From Squalus acanthias (lineage: Eukaryota), in the NCBI GenBank assembly GCA_030390025.1, contig CM059432.1:59832001-59896000 (forward strand): a stretch of DNA of 64,000 nucleotides, in the 5' to 3' direction. A model generated the notes under the pieces. It worked only from the letters and a program-made list of their open reading frames with translations, had not been told where the DNA came from and searched no databases. Each line of letters begins with the position of its first letter. The first letter of the stretch is position 1. The position numbers and the translations under genes were made by a program. Shown here piece after piece: positions 12,701 to 24,760 of the stretch.

Positions 12701-15635
12701 GACTACTCAATTTATTTTGTCTCCATTTCCTTGCACCAGTCAGCATAGCCTGTTTCATCTCCTCTACTAGTACCAGGAGCATTACTTGGTTGTGCAACAG
12801 GCTGCCCGGCAATACTTCATGGCATGTATACTTGGGCCACGTATGTGGTAAATAGTACCATTGGTTAGGATTACCTTGGCAGATTCCGTAAAGTGTGTAA
12901 TCTTTTCCCAGGTCTTGTGGATGGTTCACTTGTCAATAACCTTGGCTGCCATGTCCTGTAGTCAAATTGCAGTGCTTCTCTCTGGGGAGAGAACCTTGGA
13001 GTGCCAAATAGAGCAACCCTCCCCACACCCATTTCATATGGTAGCATACCCACCTTGCCAACCATATAACAGGGGGTTTGGGTGCTGCAATTCTCCATCA
13101 CTTACATTTCCCACCTCCACATATAACGTTCCCCACAGGCTTTTGGCAGACAATGTTTTGCACCTTTCAGTCTTTATAAAGGCTGTTTTTAGTTTTCATA
13201 TATTTAAAACAGCCTTTAGAAAAATTTTGAAAAAAATCCATTTAGCAGCACAGCCTTTATAAAGGTGATGTAAATATCTGACTTCATATGTACCGACATC
13301 TACCGTTAAAATTCCCCATAATTCAATGCCAGTACTTGCAATCTTGCCACTTTAATGCTGGGGCCAAAAAATCTATTTTTATCTTTTAAAATTGAAATGC
13401 TTCTGTGATAAGCAGAGTTTCTTCACCCTGGCCTTCTCCTCCCTTTATTTGCGCAATTAAAAAAAAACCCTGCCATTCCCTGCCTGAGATGATGCCATGT
13501 GATCTGCTCTTCGACCTCTACCAGTGATGTTCTTGATCTGGCCACTAGGAGGTGCAGGAGACTGGCCTGGGGCAACTTGTCGACTGAAATTCCTTCTCGC
13601 CCTGTGAGAAAGTGTCTGGCTTTTGCTCAGCATTGTCAACACAATAGGTGATGTTGAGAACTCAGGGCGTGGGGCACCTTACACTAGAACATGATCCTGT
13701 CTCTCCACTATATAGCACATTTGGAACTGTTATGTCTATGTAATGTACATGCCAACGTATTTTGCAGTATTGTAACATATATGCAGAAAAATAGTAAAAC
13801 TTTACTGTATTGTTAATAGCTGAAAATGGCAGCTTATAAATTATTCAATTGCAAAACATTAAAGTAGCAAGTGAATGATTACTCAAATAATTAGATGACT
13901 GCACTCCCAATGCATTTATTGTACACATGAAAGTTAGCCATGATCACTTTCAGATTTGCTCATTAATTTATTTAAAAAAATATACTGCTTTACTCTATGC
14001 TTAGTCTATTGTGCTCTTTGCAGAGGACCCTCCGATTTCCCTATAACTGGGTCACACCTGCAGCTATTACTGAAGCATAGGCTCCATTTATCACACCAAA
14101 TGAGGTAGATGGTAGCACCTTGTCCAGCTCTTAGAATATTTCACAGTCACTTTTTAAAAATTACAGCCTGTTCAGAAAACAGCAGGGAACTCGCACCAGT
14201 TCATTAGTAACAAAGCATGGTAATGTGACACGGACCACTGCTCCAACAGAAACGTCACCATTTTCTAATGCTAACCCCTCGGGTACCGAGCCTTGCTATT
14301 CAGTACATAAACTGGGAGCAAATAAATCCTGGTTCTCAGTGACATGCAGTCCTCCATTGGACTACAGTTACTGCACTATATCTAATATCAGATTCTTTAT
14401 TATATCAGTGAGCTTTCATCTTTTCTTTGTCAATCAATTGTTCCCTTTTAAATTATAAATAAATACCTGATTGTCTTTTCTCTTTTATACTTGTTTTCCC
14501 ATTTCAGTTTTTTATTTTGCTTGTTATACTATTTGCCTCGTATTCTATTTCGAAATATTCGTTGTGGGTCATTGCTTTTTCACTCTGAATACAGCTAATG
14601 AACTTTGCATCTCTGCAATGGCTGCCACAGGCAGCTGGGGCAAGTCTCTCTCTCTCTCTCGCTCACTCTCTCGTTTAGCCCCTCCTCCCCATCAAGAAAA
14701 TGGACAGCTCAGTTTTAGCCTCCAAGATGCTAATAAGCTTCTATGGTAACAATACAGGACAAAACACCTTCTTTTGAGATCCTTAATGAAGTTGTATAGG
14801 AAGGTAATCAACTGCAAACTATTCTGAAGTAAACTTGTAATAATATGCCACCAGCTATAATCCTTCAGTGTGCATGTCATCATGCATCAACATGGAGTGA
14901 ACCGGCAATCACTGTCTGCATCGGGAGACAGCGTCAGCACAAAATAAAATGCAAAACTGATTTAGGAACGCCCCCCCACCAAAAAACCCAGCCCTGGATA
15001 TATATATATATATGTATAAAACTATATCTATAGACATATCTATCTATATCTACATAATATAAAACACAGATGCCCAGGTGTAATACCAAGGCAGCAATTC
15101 AATCTTGAGATTCAGGCGATAGTTTTAAACCACTCAAGCTTTGCTCCTCCAGTTTATGATGTCCTCTGAACCTTTCAATAAGATTAACGGTTTGTAATCA
15201 CTCCCAACCATTCATAATTCTCCAAACTGGAATTTTTCACTGGGTGGTAATGTTGCTGCCATGTTTAATGATGGGTTTCCTTGGCTTGTGCCAGGAGAAT
15301 TCATTTTACACTGCACTACCAAAACTGGCAGTAATGCCTTTGCAGTTGTGTAGGTGGAATACTATGAATTGAGGGTGTTATCAGATTTACCGCACTTGTT
15401 TCTAATATCCCCCATTAGCCAAACATGTTTTAAAGCGGAAACACAGGTCTTATTGCTTGCTTTTTTTGGGTGTGAACATAGCTGGAGTGCAGTCTTCAAT
15501 GATTAGCTGTGGGGGAGGGGTGGGGTGGAGGAAGAAATCATTTCCTTGTACCCACCTTGCACTTTGTCACAGAAAATGTGAATCTATCTTAAGTTACAGT
15601 ATTTACTATGTCAGGTTAAAATCATATGGAGGAAA

Positions 15636-16582
15636 CATATATATAAATGACCTGGATATTGGAATACAGAGTAGAATTTCTAAATTTGCAGATGACACCA
15701 AACTTGGGGGCGTGGCAAACAGTGAGGATGATACCAATCGACTGCAACAGGACATAGAAAGGCTAGCAGAATGGGCAGACAAGTGGCAGATGGAATTTAA
15801 TAAAGAGAAGTGCGAGGTGATGCATTTTGGCAGAAGAAACAGGGAAAGGCAATATACACTTAATGGCACAGTTTAAAGAGTGTGCAGAGACCGAGGGACC
15901 TGGGAGTTATTGTGCATAGGTCCCTGAAGGTGGCAGGACATATTGAGAGTGGTTAGCAAAGCATATGGGATCTTGGGCTTCATAAATAGAGGTATTGAGT
16001 ACAAAAGTAGAGAAGTAATGCTGAACCTTTATAACGCGCTGGTTAGGCCAGTTCTGGTCTGGTCACCACACTTTAGGAAGCATGTGAAGGCACTTGAGAG
16101 GGTGCAGAGGAGATTTTCCAGAATGGTTCCGGAGATGGGGGATCTTCGCTACAAGGACAGGTTGGAGAAGCTGGATTTGTTTTCATTAGAGCAAAGGAGG
16201 TTGAGGGGTGATTTGATAAGGTGTACAAGATTATGATGTGTTTGGATAGGCTAGATGGGGAAAGGCTGTTCCCACTAGTTCGTGGTACAAGGACTAGGGG
16301 ACACAGATTTAAGGTTTTGGGCAAGAGATACAGGGGGGATGTGAGGAAAAACTTTTTTAGGCAGCGAGTAGTGAGGACCTGGAACTCGCTGCCGACGGAA
16401 GTGGTGGAAGCGGAGACACTTAATGTTTTCAAGGGGAGACTGGATAAGTACTTGAGGGAAATAAACTTGCAGGGCTACGGGGATAGAGTGGGGGAATGGG
16501 ACTGACTGGATTGCTCTACAGAGAGCTGGCACGGACTCAATGGGCCGAATGGCCTCCTTCTGTGCCATTATGACTCTATGAC
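15636..16582 (+). mobile_element. CR1 LINE, 5'-truncated
   Basis: YINDLD...KFADDTKLGG...WQMEFN, LEQRRLRGDLI, 3' UTR ending TATGACTCTATGA. Confidence 0.93.
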
Positions 16583-17826
16583 ATTTTCTCAATGCCCTAT
16601 GCGTAACTAAATCATAAAACTGCTTATAAAGACTACGGCCCTCAAGCACAGTGTAGCAGGATCCCCCGCTTACCCAGGCTGGAGGTCCCATCCCAAATCC
16701 CAGGAACAGGGTCAGTTACAATTACTGGGGCAGGCCACTGGTGCCTGTAAAGGCACATTAGCAGTGCCTGCCCTGATCCGCCCTTACACGGTAGAGCAGC
16801 CCACAAAGCCAAATGGACAAAATTAAATTTTCTGGCCCTTGACTCAAAAAGGAGCTATTTGCCCTCTGAGATCAATTAATCTATTAAAGGGTTGGGACTA
16901 TTTTGCAGGCCTCAAACAGACTCACTCCAGTTCCACTAAGACCTTTCAACGGCGTACAAACTCCTGGGTTAGCCCAGGAACACCCTCTGATGGCCCTTGA
17001 CTTGGGGGAGAGTGGGGTGGGCAGGAGATCCACACATGGCCTCCTACCAGAACTTAAAGGGACAGAATCCCGATGGAACCGGATTCCACCCTATAGTCCG
17101 GCCCACTGCGTGGAAATCAGGCTTTCTAGACCTGGGAATTTCAGGACCCATGTTTACAATTTTGTTATAGACATAATACACAGAAGAAATAGCAGGGATG
17201 AAAAATCTGAATATTAAAATAATGCACTGTAGGTGTGTTATCCCCATACCATCCATAGAATAAATCCCCAGCCTGCGGCATTAGCACTTGAGTACAATCC
17301 CCCCCTCCCCTGGTTTAGTGGACACCTCAGTAAGTTTTCTCTCCATGGTAAATCTGCCCAAAACAAATGAAAATTCCCTAAAATACTATTTTTTCTACCA
17401 CCTCAATATAATAAGTAGGTAAGAGATATGCACCTTACAAGACTAGGAATAAGTTTTTTTTAAATGGATCTCGGAATAACAATCTTGATAATCATTGTTC
17501 ATATTATCCATTACTGGATAAGAGCAGATCTTATTACACAGCAAGTGTGATCTGTGCGAGGATTCTCCCATCTACTTTTGCAGCAATATGGTTCTGCTAA
17601 GTGCCAACTGTTTTGCTTACAAACAAGGTTCTGTTCAAGCTCCAGTGTACCCCAGTGATCCTAGGTAACACTGCACTCTCTCCTCCTATAGTCCACCCCA
17701 TTAATCACTCAATAATAACCCATACACACATAACAAGAGGGTTGCAATGTGCTAATAGTCTTTTAATATTTAATCTATCGTAGATTTCCTATATTCTCAG
17801 GAGAAAAACAGGTATTAACTATGGCA

Positions 17827-17992
17827 AAAAGAAAATACTGCAGATGCTGGAAATCTGAAATATCAACAGAAAATGCTGGAGATACTCAGCAGGTCAGGCA
17901 GCATCTGTGGAGAGAGAAACAGAGTTAACGTTTCAGGTCGATGATCTTTCGTCAGAACTGGACGAAAGGTCATCGACCTGAAACGTTAACTC
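17827..17992 (-). mobile_element. Penelope-type short insertion with inverted duplication and hammerhead-like core
   Basis: 14-bp TSD TATTAACTATGGCA (17813-17826, 17993-18006); 33-bp inverted arms 17921-17953 and 17961-17993 with one mismatch. Confidence 0.75.
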
Positions 17993-18804
17993 TATTAACT
18001 ATGGCATTGGTCTCAGGACGCAGAGTTTCTTCAGCTCTTATGTCACTATCATCCTTATTAGCACTTCACCTACATCATACTCCTTCCAGCATTCTTGTCG
18101 CAGCATAATGGTTAAAAAATACTACATAAGGCTGTTAATTTAAAATAAAAATTCTATGGAATAGACTATATATTATAAAGACCAACAAATGTCTGGCACT
18201 GAGTTGAAAACAATAATTCAGTTTCAGAGTACTACTGATCATGATCCACGAGAGCTTCACTCTTGCAGTTTATGACGTCATCAGAGCTGCTCGATTGAAT
18301 TAGTGCCTCATAACTCACTGCCAGAAAGTCCACTGTCCAACACATCTTACACTGTGGGAATATGCCTATATAACAGTAATTCACTGTGTGAAGCGCTTTC
18401 AGACAATTCAATGTGATAAGATGCTATATAAATGTGATTTTTTTTTATTAACAGTGTACTTTGATGGCACACTTTGTTGTGTCTGTCAGCTCTCAAACAC
18501 CTTGCTTTCTATATTAATTGAAATATCTATACCTTGTGCCATATTTTACAGTTTATTCCATTTAAAGAGACAGGCCCTGAATTTCTGCGGGGTTCTTCCA
18601 ATCTCCTGCCGTAACTTTGGTGGGAGATCGGCGGAATTCCTGAGAAATGGTGTAAATGGCCATTTTTATCCATTTGCACTGTTTCCCCGGGTATTGCATA
18701 GATCTTCCCCTAGAGAACACATCTGGAAGTTCTAGGCAACAGTGTTGTCATGACTTGTATTTCTCCCATGGCACAATTAAAAATCAGGTAACATCACAAC
18801 AACA

Positions 18805-18950
18805 TCAACAACTTGTATTTATTTACCTTTACTCTAGTGAAACGTCCCAAGGCGCTTCACAGGAGCGTTATCAAACAAAATCTGATACCGAGCCACATAA
18901 GGAGATATTAGGGCAGATGACCAAAAGCTTGGTCAAAGAGGTCAGTTTTA
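18805..18950 (-). mobile_element. L2-like LINE 3' end (continues at 23636-23766)
   Basis: Tail AAGCGCCTTGGGACGTTT on the minus strand, shared with the Deu-SINE tails; sequence resumes after the nested CR1. Confidence 0.55.
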
Positions 18951-19515
18951 ATTCCCTATTCAAGAAAGGAGGGAGACAGAAAGCAGGAAACTATAGGCCA
19001 GTTAGCTTAACATCTGTCATTAGGAAAATGCTGGAATCTATTATTAAGGGAGTTGTAGCAGGGCATTTAGAAAATCATAATACAATCAAGCAGAGTCAAC
19101 ATGGTTTTATGAAAGGGAAATCATGTTTGACAAATTTATTAGAGTTCTTTGAGGATGTAACGAGCAGGGTGGATCAAGGGGAACCAGTAGATGTAGTGTA
19201 TTTGGATTTCCAAAAGGCATTCGATAAGGTGCCACATAAAAGGTTACTGCACAAGATAAGAACTCACCGTGTTGGGGGTAATATATTAGCATGGATAGAG
19301 GATTGGCTAACTAACAGGAAACAGAGAGTCGGGATAAATGGGTCATTTTCAGGTTGGCAAACTGTAACAAGTGGGGTGCCACAGGGATCAGTGCTGGGGC
19401 CTCAACTATTTACAATCTATATTAATGACTTGGATGAAGGGACCGAGTGTACTGTTGCCAAATTTGCTGACGATACAAAGATAGGTGGGAAAGCAAGTTG
19501 TGAGGAGGACACAAA

Positions 19516-22500
19516 AGGTTCAATTTTAATTCCCGAGGTGGGTTGGAGTCGGGTTGCGTGGTGGGCAGGTTCCGGAGTCGCTTCCGGCGGGATCAGCTGC
19601 TGATGTCCGATTTTAATTAAATCAGCTTGTTAAGTTCAATGGGGCGCGCTGGCTGGTCCAATGAGTGTGATCGGGTCGGCTGGCCGCCTCTGATGACGTC
19701 ATCATAGCAGCTGGTTTTAAAGCTCCCATTCAGCCTGAGCCTTTCTCTTGTTGATTCTGATACTCAGTGATATTGTTCCATCCATGATGACGTCTTCCAG
19801 AGGCAAGACAGCTCCTCAATTTAATGATGACTCCCTCCATGTTCTTGTTGAAGCTGTAAGAGGGCGCAGGGAGATTCTCTTCCCTCCTGATGGCCGGAGG
19901 AAGCCTCCTCAGCAGACCAAGGCAGCCTGGCTGCGCATTGCTGAGGAGGTCAGCGCAAGGTCCATATGTTCACGCTCCTGGATCCAGTGCAGGAAACACT
20001 TTAATGATCTTATGCGAACATCAAAAGTGAGTATCCCATCACACTTGCCTTCAATCTGCTTCCCTTCTCCTCTCATCACCAGCACTCTGTGTTGTAAGCC
20101 TGCTCCTCCACATACCACCTTACTCTTACTTCCCTTGCACCCTTACCTATCTATCCCTGTCTCTGTACTGAATCACTTCAGCATCCTGCCTATGCACCCC
20201 TTAGACTCGCTCTCACTGTTATGCAGTGACAACAACTAACAACGCACAGGGAGCTAGCTTCCTCTTGGCACCTCACCCCATCTTCGTCTCACTCAAAGCT
20301 TCTATGGTAGGGATTCTTCACACTCACTCCATCACTGTGGTTGAAACTCCGCTTGTGTCCCTCCTTGCAGGAAAAGATAGCCCACAATAAGAGGGAGAGA
20401 GCACCGACTGGAGGGGGAACACCTACCCTAGAAACATTGACAAGTGCTGAGGAGGCTGCACACGGAATTGTTGGAGGTGGTGAGGATCTGGAAGTGGGCG
20501 ATGGAGAGACGGGCACACGAGAGGAAGCTGGTGACATAATAGAGTTTCATCCCTCTCATTGACATTTAGCGATTGACTGCAATGGCATATGATGTTCATA
20601 GAGAATCGCGTTGTATCATCTGCTCAAAAGGATGTGTCGGCTACATCAATATCAGATGTCTAAATCATGCCTTTACTCTCCCACAGGACCATTGAGTGCC
20701 CCCTCCCCACGATCCAGGACGAAGAGCCGGACAACTCCTCAGAGGAACCTGAAGCCTTTGAGGGAGCAGCGTCACCAGGACTCAGCGTACCCAGCACCAG
20801 CGCAGCAACGCACAACTCGGTGGGGCCCTCGCGAGTTAGAGTAGTGTTGCCACCTGGTCTATCACAGCGCACAAGTGAGCATCAGAAGATGGTGGAGACA
20901 GCGACAGCAGTAGAGAATCCTCGGCGGAGGTCGCAGCAATCTCCTAGCCCTGCAGACGCCGTGCCTCTGGGGCCAGCCAGAAAAAGAGCATCTCGGGAAA
21001 TACAGGAACAAGTGCAGGTTTCTCTGGAAGGGTTTGCCTCCAGGGTTAGTGCGAGTGTGGAGAGAATGAGGAGTCCATCTCAAACATCAGCACTGCCGTG
21101 GTGGAGGCAATGGTGCATGAACACACCACCATGGATAGGATGGCAACCTCCGTGGAAAGGCTGGCTACCGCCATGGAGGAACTAAGTCGCCAGAGTCAGG
21201 AAAACATGGTGACTGTTCAAAATAGAATGTCATCTCTGGAGGAGAGATGGGTAGCTATTGAGCAGAGAGACCAGAGCTTCATGGATGTCCTTGTGATGAG
21301 GATTGCCAGTACAGATACGGGTCATCATGGTCCACCTGATGTGCAGCAAGGTGCTCTCCAGCCACTTGCCAGCACTGAGGTGCAGCTGACCCATGAGAGG
21401 GATGTTGTTGGCAGGACACAAGGAAGTGTGGGCTCCTCTCAAAGCGCCCACATGACCATGCCACTGCGGAGCCCTCGGTCAGAAACCCACTTTGCGGAGA
21501 CAACTGAGAGGGCCGTTTCAGCCCCTGCACAGCCGCAGGAAGAGCAGACTGCTGAAGAGCCCTCCCAGGCTCCCAAATCCAGAGGACACCTGCCAAAGGC
21601 GTCTAAGCAAGCACAGCATCCTAGTCAGCAAGGTGCCTCTACATCTGCTGAAGCCACAGGGGAAGCACCACGTAGAAGCACGCGTAAGAGAAAGATTAAG
21701 CTCATATAGTCACAAGGGGACTCAAGTGGGTGTTTTGTCTTTTTTTCTGACTATTCTTGGTTTATGATCCTTTTGTTATGTGTAAAAGAAAAATTATGGC
21801 AAACAGTTGATTGTGTGGCCTATGTGTTCTGGGAAATGGCAAAAGCGCATTGAGGGCTCAGGGCGACTTACTTTTGTAATGCTGATGGTGAAAATGATAG
21901 GAAATAACCGGGTATAGCAGAGCTGATGTATGATGTTGGACAAATGTCGCCTACAGTTAGAGAGCCATATGGTAGCCACCTATGGTTGAAGAGTAAGCTT
22001 ATGCGAATGTGGCATGGTAGTGTGCATACCCTGCTTGATGGGCAGCAGTGAACTGGAGGAATGCTGCATTGGTCACAACAGGGCATGCAAGGCGCCCCTC
22101 GTCCTCCTCCTCCTCCTCTTCCCAGGAAGATCTGCGCTGAGCCACGCAGCCACTGCTCCTCCGATTATGAGGACCAGGATGAGAGGACATAAATTTTTCC
22201 CATCCCCTTGCTATAGATTTCATTTGAGGCAACAAGCTTGCAAGCGCACAGTTGAAGTGGCCTGAAATTATTCCATTCAGGTCACACTGCAGATGAGTGT
22301 CAGCTTGAACAGTCACAAGGTCAGTAGATGTGCAAAATCTTATCCCATACCTACAACAGCAAAGTTGTTGCATCTGAATGTCAGCCATGTTTCAGGGGCA
22401 CTTTTAAAGTGCTCCACCAATGAATACAAATCATGTCCGCCAGCAACTCGTCTCCTTGAACCTGGCCTGTTTCTGACAAGATGGGAAACAGGAGCCAGAA

Positions 22501-22740
22501 GTACGAAAATGGGAAACCACTATCAAAATAGGATTAGCAAGGCAGTTAACAGGCTGTTAACTGCCTTAACTACCTGTCCTACCGGTTCCAGTCAGGTCAG
22601 ATTGGGAGCGGCTGAATAGACTCACGAAAATTGGGTGGGGGCGGGATGGAGGCGGGCTGGGTGTCTGAAGTCGTTTTTTCTGATTTTCACTATAGACCCG
22701 CCTCCAAATCTGCCTCCTCAGGGCTATTAAAATTGAGGCC
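19516..22740. mobile_element. Harbinger element retaining the Myb gene, transposase largely deleted
   Basis: TIRs AGGTTCAATTTTAA / TTAAAATTGAGGCC with AAA flanks; transposase remnants at about 21950-22380 (-). Confidence 0.85.
19784..21709 (+). pseudogene. Harbinger Myb/SANT-like DNA-binding gene; exons 19784-20026, 20371-20530, 20687-21709
   Basis: APQFNDDSLHVLVEAV...WLRIAEEV...RSWIQCRKHFNDL trihelix; AAA|GTGAGT donor and TTGCAG| acceptor in phase; TGGG motif; coiled-coil; C-terminal PRRSTRKRK; apparent frameshifts near 20700 and 21075. Confidence 0.8.
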
Positions 22741-23817
22741 AAAGAGTCTGCAAAGGGATATAGATAGGTTAACTGAGTGGGCAAAAATTTGGCAGATGGA
22801 GTATAATGTGGAAAATGTGAGATTATCCACTTTCGTAGGAAGAATAGAAAAGCAAAATATTATTTAAATGGAGCGAGACTACAAAATGCTGCGGTACAGA
22901 AGGATCTGGGTGTCCTTGTACATGAAACACAAAAAATTAGCATGCAGGTACAGCAAGTAATTAGGAAGGCAAATGGAATGTTGGCCTTTGTTGCAAGGGG
23001 GATGGAGTATAAAAGTAGGAAGTCTTGCTACAACTGTACAGGGCATTGGTGAGACCACATCTGGAGTACTGCATACAGTTTTGGTCTCCTTATTTAAGGA
23101 GGGATATACTTACATTGGAGACAGTTCAGAGAAGGTACACTAGGTTGATTCCTGCAATGAAGGGGTTGTCTTATGAAGAAAGGTTGAGCAGGTTGGGCCT
23201 ATACTCATTGGAGTTTAAAAGAATGAGAGGTGATCTTATTGAAACATATAAGATTCTGAGGGGGCTTGACAGGGTAGATGCAGGGAGGATGTTTCCCCTT
23301 GTGGGGGAATCTAGAACTAGGGGGCATAGTTTCAGGATAAGGGGTTGCCCATTTAAGACAGAGATGAGGAGGAATTTCTTCTCTCAGAGGGTCGTGAATC
23401 TTTGGAATTCTCTAGCCCAGAGAGCTGTGTTGGCTGAGTCAGTGAATATATTCAAAGCGGAGATAGACAGATATTTGAGCTACAGGGGAGTCAAGGGTTA
23501 TGGGGAACAGGTTGGAAAGTGGAGTTGAGGCCAAGATCAGATCAGCCATGATCTTACTGAATGGCGGAGCAGGCTCGAGGGGCCGAATGGCCTACTCCTG
23601 CTCCTATTTCTTGTGTTCTTATGTACTTATGTTCTTAAGGAGCATCTTGAAGGAGGAAAGAGAAGTAGAGACTCAGAGAGGTTTAGGGAGGGAATTCGAG
23701 AGCTTAGAGCTGAAGGCACGGACACCAGTGGTGGAGCGATTAAAATCGGGGATGCGCAAGAGGCCACTATATCGCCAATGTGGTAGACTGTAACTTTAGA
23801 TGGGAGCAAATGAATGT

Positions 23818-23912
23818 GTGGTTGTGGATCGGCCGTCTGTTGTACACCCTGCCCGATTTTCTTTTCCTTTGACTTCTGGGTCTATAACGGATAGCCGATC
23901 CGCAACCGCCCA
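23818..23912. repeat. Short palindromic MITE-like element
   Basis: GTGGTTGTGGATCGGCCGTCTGTTGTACACCC pairs imperfectly with GGGTCTATAACGGATAGCCGATCCGCAACCGC. Confidence 0.6.
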
Positions 23913-24244
23913 TGGAATTAACTGCATGGCAGTTACTGATACCACACCCTACACAGTTAGGGATATTGCCAAACTGACCATGGCTGAGATTACAGTTTTT
24001 GATGATCTTTTCTTTGAATCTTTAACCGTCCTTCTAAATAAAGTACCAAACCTCAGGGTTGACATCTTAATAAATGTTGAATAACTATCCTGGACAAGTC
24101 TGATCTAGCTCTTATGCTGAACCTGTCCTTGTGTTTTTACTGTAATTTACCCTAACAACAACCCTGCAGGTGCAACAGTACTATAACGTCCGGCTCCTTA
24201 AAGGACAATTTGATTCTTGTGGTTAGGTGATTGGATTCTTGTGA

Positions 24245-24760
24245 GACTAGAAACTGTGGGTGTCCAAATACACAAATCACTAAAAACTAGTGTATAGATA
24301 CAAAAAGTAATCAAAAAGGCTACTGGAATGTTAGCCTTTATCTCAAGGAGGCTAGAATACAACGGGGAGGAAGTGTTTCTTCAGTTGTACAGAGCCTTGG
24401 TTGGACCCTATCTGGAGTATTGTGTTCTATTCTGGGCACCGCACCTGAGGAAGGATATATTGGCCTTGTAGAGGGTACAGTGCAGATTCACCAGAATTAT
24501 AACAGGATTTGAAGGGTCTATGAGGATCTATGAGAACAGGCTACATAAACTTGGGTTGTATTCCCTTGAGTTTAGAAGGTTGAGGGATAATTTAATTCAG
24601 ATGGTTGAAATGAAAAAGGATTCAATAAAGTAGATACAGAGAAGCTATTTCCTCTGGTGGGGGAATCTAGAACAAAGGGGCTCCATCTTAAAATTAGAAC
24701 TAGGCCAGTTAGGAGTGAAATCAGAAAGCACTTTTTAACACAAAGGGTAGTGGAAATCTG
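24245..24760 (+). mobile_element. CR1 LINE, degraded 3' fragment
   Basis: GMLAFISRRLEY, LQLYRALV, LYSLEFRRLR and LFPLVGESRT remnants. Confidence 0.8.

Larger units (their letters stand above)
18951..23635 (+). mobile_element. CR1 LINE (18951-19515 and 22741-23635) split by a Harbinger insertion
   Basis: [10 protein letters not shown]...[11 protein letters not shown]...[10 protein letters not shown]...CEEDTK|SLQRDIDRL rejoins across the insert; tail TTCTTATG repeats. Confidence 0.93.

Noticed and set aside
14467..14502. Minus-strand first coding exon ending at CAG|GTATTT
   Set aside because: The ATG frame stops after five codons.
18656..19603. 315-aa ORF as a novel fusion protein
   Set aside because: Chance read-through across MITE, L2-like, CR1 and Harbinger junctions.
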